NCBI GenBank assembly: GCA_964653195.1
Contig: CAZZCX010000002.1
Span: 10,921-74,920 of the forward strand
Direction: 5' to 3'
DNA: 64,000 nt
From: an uncultured Gammaproteobacteria bacterium
Lineage (GTDB): Bacteria > Patescibacteriota > Microgenomatia > Levybacterales > UBA12049
The notes under the pieces were generated by a model that was given only the letters and a program-made list of their open reading frames with translations, ran no database searches and was not told the DNA's origin. Below are positions 30,368 through 38,602 of the stretch, piece by piece (within the stretch, counting starts at the first letter, position 1; every line of letters starts with the position of its first letter). The position numbers were made by a program, and so were the translations under genes.

Positions 30368-32296
30368 CTATTCTCCTGGTTGGCTGGATAATTCACGAAG
30401 AAATAAATTATAGTCGAATTGGTTTACCGCTCCGTCATCGGTAATATCAGCACTTGATTTCTTATTAACGTCACTGCAGTCCCTTGGCTCACTAAGCCCA
30501 GAATAACAATCAAGTATCATATTATAATCCAGAATAGATAGGGCATTATCATTATTTGTATCACCCGTAATTAAATATACGGAAAGTAAATTATTAACTT
30601 GTCCGGAGGTCACATTCACAATACCTGGTATATTTTTTTTCAAATACTGATTTACTTTCACTTTCACTGTATAAATTCCGGTTGCTAAATTATTATAACT
30701 TACCAATCCTTGATATTTACCACTTGAGGGAATATAGGTGATAATACCCTGATTTTGGGCCACTAGTTGGTTTGTGGCATTATATATTTCCATACTTAAA
30801 GTGCGTGTCGTGCGAAGAGGATTTTGAGTGCCAAGGGATCCCGGATTAGCATTATCTCCTCCTCTTCCAATACCATGCAGAAAAACTATACTATTTAAAG
30901 ATGTAGCGCCTGGTGCGATAGTAGAGGTAGGAGGTGCATTTGTCAAAGTAGGTACAGCTGTCGGTGTAACTGTAATACTTGGCGTGATACTAGGTGTGAT
31001 ATTTCCACTTCTAATCTCAAGAGCTGCCAATCCAACATTTGTGTTTTGAGAAAAGGAATTAATAATTCTAGATGCATTTGTATAAACATTTGTTTCAATA
31101 AAACCAAATAAGAACTTAGAAGGTACAGCAGTTAAATACTTTGTACCTCCGTCTCTCCCAAACCCGAAAACCGTCATATTATTTTGCATTGACTTGTATG
31201 AATCAATTGTATTGTCATCTTCTAAATGTGACAGGAACAAGGATCTGTTTTTTTGAGTATCACTGAAATAAAGCCACTCAGGGGATGGCAAATCATTGGC
31301 CCACTCCTGACCACCTGTATATCTTTCATTATTAGAAGAAATCATAAAATTTGTTGAGGGATTAAAGGTACCATTAGGTGTGCCTTCATATAGAAACCAG
31401 TATGAATGACCTACTGATGTCAATGTCATACGCGCAAATGTAGGATAAATTTCCCAACTTCCTGACCAACTACCATTTGTAGAATTTATGGTAGCCTTAA
31501 GAGGACCTTGATTGACTATTTGACTGACTGAACCAGTACTACCCGGGTGAAAAAATCCTTCTGGATGAACCATATTTGGTATTCCACGAAAACTGCCTGC
31601 TGAACCTACTGTAGGTCTGTACGAAATCCAGTCAATTCCATCTCTATCTATAAAGCCTGCAAATCCTGCTCCTGCCTTGTGGTAGTAGTAAGTACCGCTA
31701 GATGTAGTAAGCCTAAAGCTTGATTGACCTTGAAAGTTAATATTATCTGCAACGGTTACTTGTGGAGTAAAATTATTGGCACTAAAACCAGGCCCAGTAT
31801 CAAAATATAAATAATAATTCTTAGCAGTATTAGCAGCTATTTCGGGAGACAAATAAATAAACTTACCTGTAGTTCCGTTTGTAATATCAAATTGAAACGG
31901 GACCAAAGGATTTACAATTCCACCCTGAGAATTAGTTTCTATAAGTTTTAATGAATTTAAGTTTGCTGTCCCACTCTGCCCTGCCTGTTGTAAGATTTGT
32001 GAAAAGTTCAAATTCAGTTCCAAAGGCTTACCAGAAGCTACAGGAATATTGGATTGAATAGTCAGTTTCACACGATATTTACGATCTAAATCGTGCCAAG
32101 GTACAGTTTGAGCTGCACTTTGAGTAATGGAAAAATATACCAGAGAAATTATAAATAACAGAACAGAAACGCTTAAAAGAAACTTTCTCATAAAGTGTGA
32201 TGTAGTATTAATATTATAGTATTTGTTATTAAATTTATATATTTTTGCTCCTGAAAAAACTAATAGTATTTTACTTTTTAATCTCAGATGATTCAA
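30368..32296 (-). CDS. Secreted surface protein with a Pro/Thr-rich linker and a C-terminal dockerin-like Ca-binding repeat pair. The likely start is the internal Met MRKFLLSVSVLLF (signal peptide).
   Basis: Hydrophobic signal-like segment followed by a roughly 400-aa Gly/Ser/Thr/Asn-rich beta-type domain. Then a linker ITPSITPSITVTPTAVPTLTNAPPTSTIAPGATS. Then DTNNDNALSILDYNMIL and DITDDGAVNQFDYNLFL, two dockerin-type D-x-N/D-x-D-G-x-V-N-x-x-D motifs. Confidence 0.5.
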   Translation of the reverse strand: MNHLRLKSKILLVFSGAKIYKFNNKYYNINTTSHFMRKFLLSVSVLLFIISLVYFSITQSAAQTVPWHDLDRKYRVKLTIQSNIPVASGKPLELNLNFSQILQQAGQSGTANLNSLKLIETNSQGGIVNPLVPFQFDITNGTTGKFIYLSPEIAANTAKNYYLYFDTGPGFSANNFTPQVTVADNINFQGQSSFRLTTSSGTYYYHKAGAGFAGFIDRDGIDWISYRPTVGSAGSFRGIPNMVHPEGFFHPGSTGSVSQIVNQGPLKATINSTNGSWSGSWEIYPTFARMTLTSVGHSYWFLYEGTPNGTFNPSTNFMISSNNERYTGGQEWANDLPSPEWLYFSDTQKNRSLFLSHLEDDNTIDSYKSMQNNMTVFGFGRDGGTKYLTAVPSKFLFGFIETNVYTNASRIINSFSQNTNVGLAALEIRSGNITPSITPSITVTPTAVPTLTNAPPTSTIAPGATSLNSIVFLHGIGRGGDNANPGSLGTQNPLRTTRTLSMEIYNATNQLVAQNQGIITYIPSSGKYQGLVSYNNLATGIYTVKVKVNQYLKKNIPGIVNVTSGQVNNLLSVYLITGDTNNDNALSILDYNMILDCYSGLSEPRDCSDVNKKSSADITDDGAVNQFDYNLFLRELSSQPGE

Positions 32297-33986
32297 AAAT
32301 CATATAAGCTACATCAGTAGTCGGAAATTGAGCAATTTTTCTGTCATAGTACAGGACTACAGGACGGGTTGGGTAAGAGAATGTAGTAATTGGAGATTTA
32401 CCCTGTGGGTAATTACCTGTACCGGCTATAATTAGAGTACGAGGCATATAAATTTCCTTTTCCCAGTCGACTTTTCGAAACTCATACTTACCCGTATGTG
32501 AAAGCGTATTCACTAATCCTTTAAGCTGATAAACTGAATTCTTTTGATAATTTACAGGCGGGTACTTTGCATAAAAAAGTAAAGAGGTATAAAAAAATTC
32601 CGCACTTTCATCAAATATAATTTTATCGTAATTATGCTCAATGTTCTTTATATATTCTACAGTTTTTTTGTCTTCTGATCTCCAATCTTTGGCAAATTCT
32701 ATGGGAAAACGGATGAAATAAGAAAGGAAATAAAATATGTAAGTATACGAGATAATTCCGATCATAAATGTCAAAATACCGGTTTTGAATAAATTATTTT
32801 TTAACTTGAATACATTTTGTAACAAATAAAAAAAACCATATGCAGAAAATACTATAAAGGGAATAATAATAGGATAAGACCTTGTGCCATTTGGAACCGA
32901 AATAATTATCGATCCGATAAAAAATATTGCCAAAAACCATATATAAAACGGGTAGAAATAACTGCTTCTTTTTTTTAACGCATAATATATTCCAATTAAA
33001 AGCAATGGGAAATCGAAATAATGAAACATAGCGAGATTCCCTCCAACATCCTGATTCGGCTTTGCTGCTCCTGTTGTGAAAAAGAAATTAGTTGAAAAGA
33101 ATGAAATAAGATTTATTAAGTATTTCCATAGAACCAAAACCCAATAATTAAAAAAAATCTTCTGCGCTAAAGGAGGCAAAACTAAAAAATAGCTTCTTGT
33201 TTGGATAATATCTGATCTTGCCTCATTTCCAAATATTAATGCGTCCTTATGCGTAGAAAAGCCTGATTGCGATTGAAGAGTCAGAAAAGTTACTAAAAAA
33301 GGTATCATACCTATACAAAATAAAATAAGGATTGACACTAATGTCTTTTTTGAATTTTTTAGATAGTTAAGATACAAAAAAATAAGTGCGAAAAATATTA
33401 CGGGTGCGATAAGCCTTGTTACATTGTAAGTATAGACAGCCAATATAAAAGAAATTATAGAAATAATAAAAAAAAGTAAATTATTTTTTCGTTGAACCGC
33501 TATAACAAAAAATAATGTGCCCAATAACATAAGCGCTGTCGCAGCGTTTACTTCATAACCAGCCCGTGAAAAGAAAAAATGCCAGGGATTAAGTGCGAGA
33601 AAAAGACTGGATATCACTGCAAATCCCTTGTTTTTGGAAAGTTCGTAAACAAGAAAAAATAGAAATATTACACTCAGTGATCCCAAAAAAGCAGAAGGAA
33701 ATCTTACAGCAAATGCATTTGCTCCAAATAATTTTATTGACAAAGTAGTTGAGTAAATATATAGAGGCAACTTATAGTCATCAAAGGATCGAAAATATAA
33801 TGGCATATTCTCACCATATTCATCTTTCCCGGTAAGTAGGATAGAGTAGGCATTGTATCCGATAGCTGTTTCATCCGGATATAATCCATTCGGAATATTC
33901 GAAAGCTGGTGAAATCTTAGGAAAAGAGCTATTGAAAAGATTAAAGCGAGCGAGAGTAAGTGATAATTATTCTTAACAATTCTCAT
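32271..33986 (-). CDS. PMT_2/ArnT-like membrane glycosyltransferase, paralog 4
   Basis: IPNGLYPDETAIGYNAYSILLTGKDEYG...FDDYKLPLYIY...GANAFAVRFPSAFLGSLSVIF...NPWHFFFSRAGYEVN is the same motif block as genes 1647..6569. Confidence 0.75.
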   Translation of the reverse strand: MRIVKNNYHLLSLALIFSIALFLRFHQLSNIPNGLYPDETAIGYNAYSILLTGKDEYGENMPLYFRSFDDYKLPLYIYSTTLSIKLFGANAFAVRFPSAFLGSLSVIFLFFLVYELSKNKGFAVISSLFLALNPWHFFFSRAGYEVNAATALMLLGTLFFVIAVQRKNNLLFFIISIISFILAVYTYNVTRLIAPVIFFALIFLYLNYLKNSKKTLVSILILFCIGMIPFLVTFLTLQSQSGFSTHKDALIFGNEARSDIIQTRSYFLVLPPLAQKIFFNYWVLVLWKYLINLISFFSTNFFFTTGAAKPNQDVGGNLAMFHYFDFPLLLIGIYYALKKRSSYFYPFYIWFLAIFFIGSIIISVPNGTRSYPIIIPFIVFSAYGFFYLLQNVFKLKNNLFKTGILTFMIGIISYTYIFYFLSYFIRFPIEFAKDWRSEDKKTVEYIKNIEHNYDKIIFDESAEFFYTSLLFYAKYPPVNYQKNSVYQLKGLVNTLSHTGKYEFRKVDWEKEIYMPRTLIIAGTGNYPQGKSPITTFSYPTRPVVLYYDRKIAQFPTTDVAYMIFESSEIKK

Positions 33987-34266
33987 ATTTCAAATATGTA
34001 TCAAAATCAATATATATACTTAAAATAAAGTAAATTTTTCAATTTACCTCATACTCAACAATTATACCAAAGATAGATAATGTAATTTTATGTTTAACAC
34101 ATACATAAAATTGATTGAGATAATTTGAAGAAATTAAACTTTTTTAGAACTGCGAAATTATAATATCAGTCTTTGCCCGCCTACTTTTACTATTTAGCAA
34201 TAATTACAATCTGAGAAGTACTGAATTGTCTCTAATTTACTCATACTGTATAATTCAAAGCTAGAT

Positions 34267-35256
34267 ATGAATAATTATGAACATCCATTAAGCTGGCAAG
34301 CGCTGGGGAGAGTAGTGACAACAGGTCTCATAATTTTATTTGTATGGAAAACTTTTAATATTCTTATCCTTATCCTAGTTTCCATTATGCTTGCTGCAGC
34401 GCTCAATCCGCTTGTCATGAAGCTAAATCGAAAGTTTCCACTAATAATTTCAACGCTGCTTGTAGTATTCATACTTCTTGTACCATTTATCACTCTTGGT
34501 GTGATTGCTATTCCAACTTTTATTCGTGAATTTCCCGCTCTACTCAAAACCTTAAGCGGTATTGTGAATAATTCACCTTTAATTCCTTCATCTATTCGTG
34601 ATATTGACTTTGCCCAATATGCACAAGATGCCGGAAGCTACGTGTTGCAATCTACAACGATTGCAACAAATGTCATAACTTCTATTTTTACCCTTATTTT
34701 TTTGACGTTCTATTTTATTTTTGATGCAAATCGAATACAATCGCTTCTTCTTTCAATATTTCCAAAAAGTAAACATAAAAAAATTACAATTCTACTTGCA
34801 GAATTGGGACAGCTTAACGGCCTGTATATTCGAGGGAATCTAATTATTTCCCTAATTTGCGGCGTCACTATTTTTATAGGCTTGACTCTACTTCAGATTC
34901 CTTTTGCAGCACCTTTGGCGATCTTTACAGCTATCATGAATTTGCTGCCATTGGTCGGTGCGGCTATTGGCATGATACCAGCAGTCATCATAGCAATCAC
35001 AATATCACCTATAACAGCTCTTCTGGTTGCAGCTCTGTATCTCATCTATCAACAGGTCGAAAGTGCTATCCTTGCCCCAACAATTTACAATAAAGCGCTC
35101 AATCTTTCACCGGCGTTAAGTTTTCTTGCTGTAATTGTAGGCGTCGGATTATTTGGTATAGTAGGTGCATTTTTAGCTCTTCCTATTGCTGCCAGTATGC
35201 CTGTAATTATTAAATTTGTTCGAGAGGACATGCAGAAAAATGAACATGGTGCTTAA
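34267..35256 (+). CDS. AI-2E family transporter (PerM/YhhT/UPF0118-like)
   Basis: 329 aa with 8 predicted TMs. The N-terminal pattern (LIILFVWKTFNILILILVSIMLAAALNPLV) and C-terminal GxxGxxLALP region are typical of AI-2E permeases. Confidence 0.55.
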   Translation: MNNYEHPLSWQALGRVVTTGLIILFVWKTFNILILILVSIMLAAALNPLVMKLNRKFPLIISTLLVVFILLVPFITLGVIAIPTFIREFPALLKTLSGIVNNSPLIPSSIRDIDFAQYAQDAGSYVLQSTTIATNVITSIFTLIFLTFYFIFDANRIQSLLLSIFPKSKHKKITILLAELGQLNGLYIRGNLIISLICGVTIFIGLTLLQIPFAAPLAIFTAIMNLLPLVGAAIGMIPAVIIAITISPITALLVAALYLIYQQVESAILAPTIYNKALNLSPALSFLAVIVGVGLFGIVGAFLALPIAASMPVIIKFVREDMQKNEHGA

Positions 35257-35306
35257 TAAATCGTTGATTATTTTCTGCTTTCAACTTAATTATATTGATT
35301 TATAGT

Positions 35307-35335
35307 TTGTTTCTCAGCCTCAAATAAGGTAAAAT
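35307..35335 (+). promoter_or_regulatory. Sigma70-like promoter (TTGTTT-N17-TAAAAT) placing the transcription start at the tRNA-like fragment
   Basis: -35 TTGTTT at 35307-35312, a 17-nt spacer and -10 TAAAAT at 35330-35335. The predicted +1 falls at about 35342-35344, which is the first G of GGCCCCATCGT. Confidence 0.35.
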
Positions 35336-35343
35336 ATTCACAA

Positions 35344-35354
35344 GGCCCCATCGT
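35344..35354 (+). pseudogene. Displaced 5' fragment of tRNA-Glu (11 nt identical to positions 1-11 of the downstream intact tRNA)
   Basis: GGCCCCATCGT at 35344-35354 equals GGCCCCATCGT at 35661-35671. It is followed by two hairpins (35355-35380 and 35382-35403). A degenerate D-arm-like segment CCATCGGGGCTAGTGGTCTAAG (35396-35417) resembles the tRNA CCATCGTCTAGTGGCCTAGG. No cloverleaf can be completed. Confidence 0.5.
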
Positions 35355-35420
35355 TCCCGACGAATTTCATTCGTGCGGGATCCCGATGGAAACTACCATC
35401 GGGGCTAGTGGTCTAAGCAT

Positions 35421-35675
35421 ATGTTTGCAATGTATATCTTGCAAAGCCAGAAAGACAGTAGTTACTATATCGGTAGTACTAGTAACATGGAGAAAAGGTT
35501 AATTAAGCATAATAGGGGTGGATCAAGATATACTAAAAGCAAAATTCCTTGGGTTATAGCTTATAAAGAGATGTATAATACAATTTCTGAGGCTAAAAAA
35601 AGAGAATATTATATAAAATCTTTAAAAAGTAAAATTGCTATAGCAAAATTAATTAATAATGGCCCCATCGTCTAG
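35421..35675 (+). CDS. GIY-YIG nuclease family protein (YhbQ/UPF0213-like single-domain)
   Basis: MYILQSQKDSSYYIGSTSNMEKRLIKHNRGGSRYTKSKIPWVIAYKEMYNTISEAKKREYYIKSLKS shows the GIY...YIG...R...H..G...T...PW.L.Y.E....EA...E..IK pattern of the small GIY-YIG family. The last 15 nt of the ORF, including the TAG stop, lie inside the tRNA gene. Confidence 0.8.
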   Translation: MFAMYILQSQKDSSYYIGSTSNMEKRLIKHNRGGSRYTKSKIPWVIAYKEMYNTISEAKKREYYIKSLKSKIAIAKLINNGPIV

Positions 35676-35733
35676 TGGCCTAGGACGCCAGGTTCTCATC
35701 CTGGAAACCGGGATTCGACTTCCCGTGGGGTCA
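35661..35733 (+). tRNA. tRNA-Glu (anticodon CTC)
   Basis: Manual cloverleaf with acceptor GGCCCCA/TGGGGTC (one G-T wobble), D-stem GTCT/GGAC, anticodon stem CCAGG/CCTGG with loop TTCTCAT (U33, CTC, A37), a 4-nt variable loop, and T-stem CGGGA/TCCCG with loop TTCGACT. It is 73 nt with discriminator A. CCA is not encoded. Confidence 0.8.
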
Positions 35734-35783
35734 CCGAGCTCAGCTCGGTGATAGCAAGCTCAACTTGCTCACCGAAATTTTGG
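35731..35783 (+). terminator. Tandem hairpins plus a short T-run downstream of the tRNA (possible terminator or processing structure)
   Basis: TCACCGAGC-TCA-GCTCGGTGA (35731-35751) and AGCAAG-CTCAA-CTTGCT (35753-35769), then AAATTTTGG. Confidence 0.35.
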
Positions 35784-36212
35784 CTATGTTCGAATAAGTA
35801 CTTTTACTTGCTCATTCTCTACTATCCACCCAATTTTTGATATTCTAAAGTAAGTGTATTATATCTATATTCTATTTTCTGAAAAAGATAAGTAACTTTA
35901 TTCAGGTTATACTAAAGATTTTTGTTCTTGATTTAAAGCTCACAAAAGAGACTTCGTGAAGGCAACATAGCATAGTGAGCCTTTAAAATTAATATAATAC
36001 GAGGTATACTCCGTAAACGCTAATGCGAGACAAAGAGGATAATATTTAAAGGGTGATAACTGAAGAGGAAAATTGAAAATACAATAACATACTATTCTTA
36101 GAAAGTTAGATTACATAGCTTTAGAGAAAGATACTAACTCAGGGTTTCTAGCTACTCGTAGCTCTAAAAAAAGAGAAGTGTAGTCCCTCACACTAAATAA
36201 ATAATAGTTCAA

Positions 36213-36878
36213 TCATATACAAATAAATTTTTCGATTTCATCCATTACAATATTACTTTCCTCCTCAGAATGTCTAAAACTATGTCCCATATTAGGCTGT
36301 CTGACCACATAAGGCTTATTGGCATTTGCAACAATTCTTTCCGTATCCTGAGGAAGAACACTCTTATCATCTAAAGCGATAAATATCATAATGGGTTTAT
36401 TTATATTAGCTACTTCTTCTACCGCCGAGTACGTAAGTCCATCCTGAACAAACGAATAGGGGACTTCGAAAGATCTGAATTGTTCTGGATTATTAGGAAG
36501 TTCCCTCTTAGAATATCTTGGCCTATCTTTTTCCCATCGTAATGATGGTCCGATTCTATCAGGAGGAGGACACAAGGCAACTATTTTAGTTACTTCTTTA
36601 ATCCGGCTCCCGGCGATAATAGCAATAAAACCACCTAAGCTGTGACCTATTAATACAATTTCTTTAGGGTTTTTTTTGTTATATATGTCGACTTTATCGT
36701 GTACATGCTTAATATAGTTAGTTATAGAGTAATTACCTACATTTCCATTTTCCCAAAGATGACATGGATCTAATCTCTCAACACTAAACTCAAGCTCACG
36801 CAATCTATCTTCAAATATTTTCAAATGTAGATAATCCGGTGAGTCTAAATATCCAGGTAGTAATAATGCTAATTTCAT
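36213..36878 (-). CDS. Alpha/beta-fold hydrolase (esterase/lipase-like)
   Basis: Nucleophile elbow VLIGHSLGGFIA (GxSxG) and a C-terminal His (PNMGHSF) are consistent with a Ser-Asp-His triad. 221 aa. Confidence 0.7.
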   Translation of the reverse strand: MKLALLLPGYLDSPDYLHLKIFEDRLRELEFSVERLDPCHLWENGNVGNYSITNYIKHVHDKVDIYNKKNPKEIVLIGHSLGGFIAIIAGSRIKEVTKIVALCPPPDRIGPSLRWEKDRPRYSKRELPNNPEQFRSFEVPYSFVQDGLTYSAVEEVANINKPIMIFIALDDKSVLPQDTERIVANANKPYVVRQPNMGHSFRHSEEESNIVMDEIEKFICI

Positions 36879-37073
36879 ATAAAGATTATATCACCGATTA
36901 TTTAGCTTTTAATATTCAATTATATAGGGATACATTAAATATGCTCCTCCGATGTCGTAAATCCTTTACAAATATATTTAATTCAGCGTCAAGAAGAAAA
37001 TCTGGGTCATATTCATTAATGGTCTTATGCATAACTCGTGTCGTAGATACCGTTGGAAGTTAAATAATATTTA

Positions 37074-38375
37074 TTACAAATCCGTAGATGCTTCAGGCAT
37101 ACGTAAGTCATTTTCTGGTTCTTCTTTTACTAAACTTATCTTTGTATCAGCTTTTTTTAAAGATAAATATAAAAATACAGCCAAAACGATAAGCACAGAC
37201 CATGTAATTAAGAAGTACTCTAGTTTACTTTGTGTATTCAGGTAGCCAATAATTGGCGCTAGCACGACATAAGGTAAAGTTCTTAAGAAAGACGCCACCG
37301 ATAAAACCGTTGCCCGATTAGACTCTTCAGTACGATAATTTATAACCTCACTCATAAAAGGATGAAGCACATGTTCACCTGTATATAAAGCAAGTATTAC
37401 AAAATAACCCCAAATACCTATATCTGCTAGAGACAAAATTAAACCTATTCCGGCTAAAACTGATATCAAAACAAGTACTAACTTTTCACTTAAACTCTCT
37501 GCATGCCTATGCATAAAAGCTAAAATAATTACAGTTATTAGACTGCAAGACGCAATTACAAAGGAACCTGCAACAGTACTAAAATGAAAACGGTCTAATA
37601 AAACTAATCTTAAAAGACCCCAACCCGCAGTATAAAATAAGCCCTGTACTGAGATAATTAAGGGGACATAAAGAAATAGTTTTTTCTTTCTGAATTCCAA
37701 AAACCCCGACTTAATGCTAATTAAGTGTTCTCTTAGTTCTGTTACTATTTTTTGTTTTTTTGTCATTTTACGATTTTCCTTGATAGGCCAGATGATTAAT
37801 GCTGAACTTACTAAAGAAAATCCAGTTAATATCCAAGGCAACCTAGGTTCGATATTGTAAAGCCACCCTCCTATAATAACAGCAGACATCGAACCTATTA
37901 GAGCTATTTGTGAACCTTTAGTAACTAACTTTCTCCAATCTAAAGACTTGAATTGAAGCTTATTAAAGAACAAAGCTTCATCTGCCCCAGAAACGAAAGA
38001 TACACCTATCATCATTGTTGCTTGACCAACCATAAATGGCATTAAATTACTTCCAAATGCCTGTATAAGTAGACCACTCCCCGCTAATATTTGCCCTAAT
38101 TTAGCCATCTTATCTCTACCAAACTTATCAGCTAGTACCCCAGATGGAACTTCCGCAATTAAACCAATTGCAAAAGCAAGACCATCTAATATCCCAACCT
38201 CACTATCTGTTATAAATAACCTGTAAAAATAGAGCCAAATAGCTCCTACAAACCAAAGGTTAGTTAAAAATTTGTAAATAAGATACTTGCGTGAAATCCA
38301 CTTTTGACTACTGTTCATATATGAAATATTCGCTTTTAATACTTGAATTATAGTTTTTACTTTAAAACTAATCAA
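37074..38375 (-). CDS. MFS transporter
   Basis: 12-TM architecture with MFS motif A GVLADKFGRDKMAKLG between TM2 and TM3. Confidence 0.8.
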   Translation of the reverse strand: MISFKVKTIIQVLKANISYMNSSQKWISRKYLIYKFLTNLWFVGAIWLYFYRLFITDSEVGILDGLAFAIGLIAEVPSGVLADKFGRDKMAKLGQILAGSGLLIQAFGSNLMPFMVGQATMMIGVSFVSGADEALFFNKLQFKSLDWRKLVTKGSQIALIGSMSAVIIGGWLYNIEPRLPWILTGFSLVSSALIIWPIKENRKMTKKQKIVTELREHLISIKSGFLEFRKKKLFLYVPLIISVQGLFYTAGWGLLRLVLLDRFHFSTVAGSFVIASCSLITVIILAFMHRHAESLSEKLVLVLISVLAGIGLILSLADIGIWGYFVILALYTGEHVLHPFMSEVINYRTEESNRATVLSVASFLRTLPYVVLAPIIGYLNTQSKLEYFLITWSVLIVLAVFLYLSLKKADTKISLVKEEPENDLRMPEASTDL

Positions 38376-38602
38376 TTAAAATCCAAGCTCATACGCCACA
38401 AATATAATGAATAAGTACAAATTAATGTAAATTTATGTCTTAAATTGATTGGATTTATACTCAAGGTGATATGCAGAGGACTAAGTATAGGCAAACAAAA
38501 CTAATTACTCTCAGAAATGAAGGTTATACATACCAATAAGGTTATTTAGCGTTTGTTCGGAATTGGTATAGTTAGAGTTGCTAACTTATAGCTTTATACA
38601 AA

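Noticed and set aside
2035-34547. Short ORFs nested antisense or out of frame inside glycosyltransferase and transporter genes (2035..2310, 3427..3663, 3534..3758, 4037..4330, 10606..10866, 12139..12351, 13461..13676, 15525..15761, 17523..17714, 18265..18477, 18943..19146, 22724..23026, 27331..27567, 28187..28450, 29111..29296, 30828..31049, 34275..34547, 34857..35093)
   Set aside because: Each lies wholly within a longer ORF that has clear family motifs. They are 60-100 aa, have no motifs and biased composition. They were judged to be spurious six-frame artefacts.
35344-35420. Possibility that the upstream tRNA-like stretch is a second functional tRNA or a tRNA with an intron
   Set aside because: Only the first 11 nt match. 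No T-arm or 3' acceptor strand can be found before the GIY-YIG ORF. The downstream tRNA is complete on its own, so the stretch was treated as a displaced fragment.
36140-36175. Hairpin AGCTACTCGTAGCT plus an A-run as a terminator for the hydrolase gene
   Set aside because: On the minus strand the T-run precedes rather than follows the stem. On the plus strand there is no U-tract. It is not a canonical intrinsic terminator.
36839-37245. Two overlapping plus-strand ORFs (36839..37063, 37027..37245) in and next to the hydrolase/MFS spacer
   Set aside because: They overlap the 5' end of the alpha/beta hydrolase gene and the 3' end of the MFS gene. They are low-complexity with no start context.
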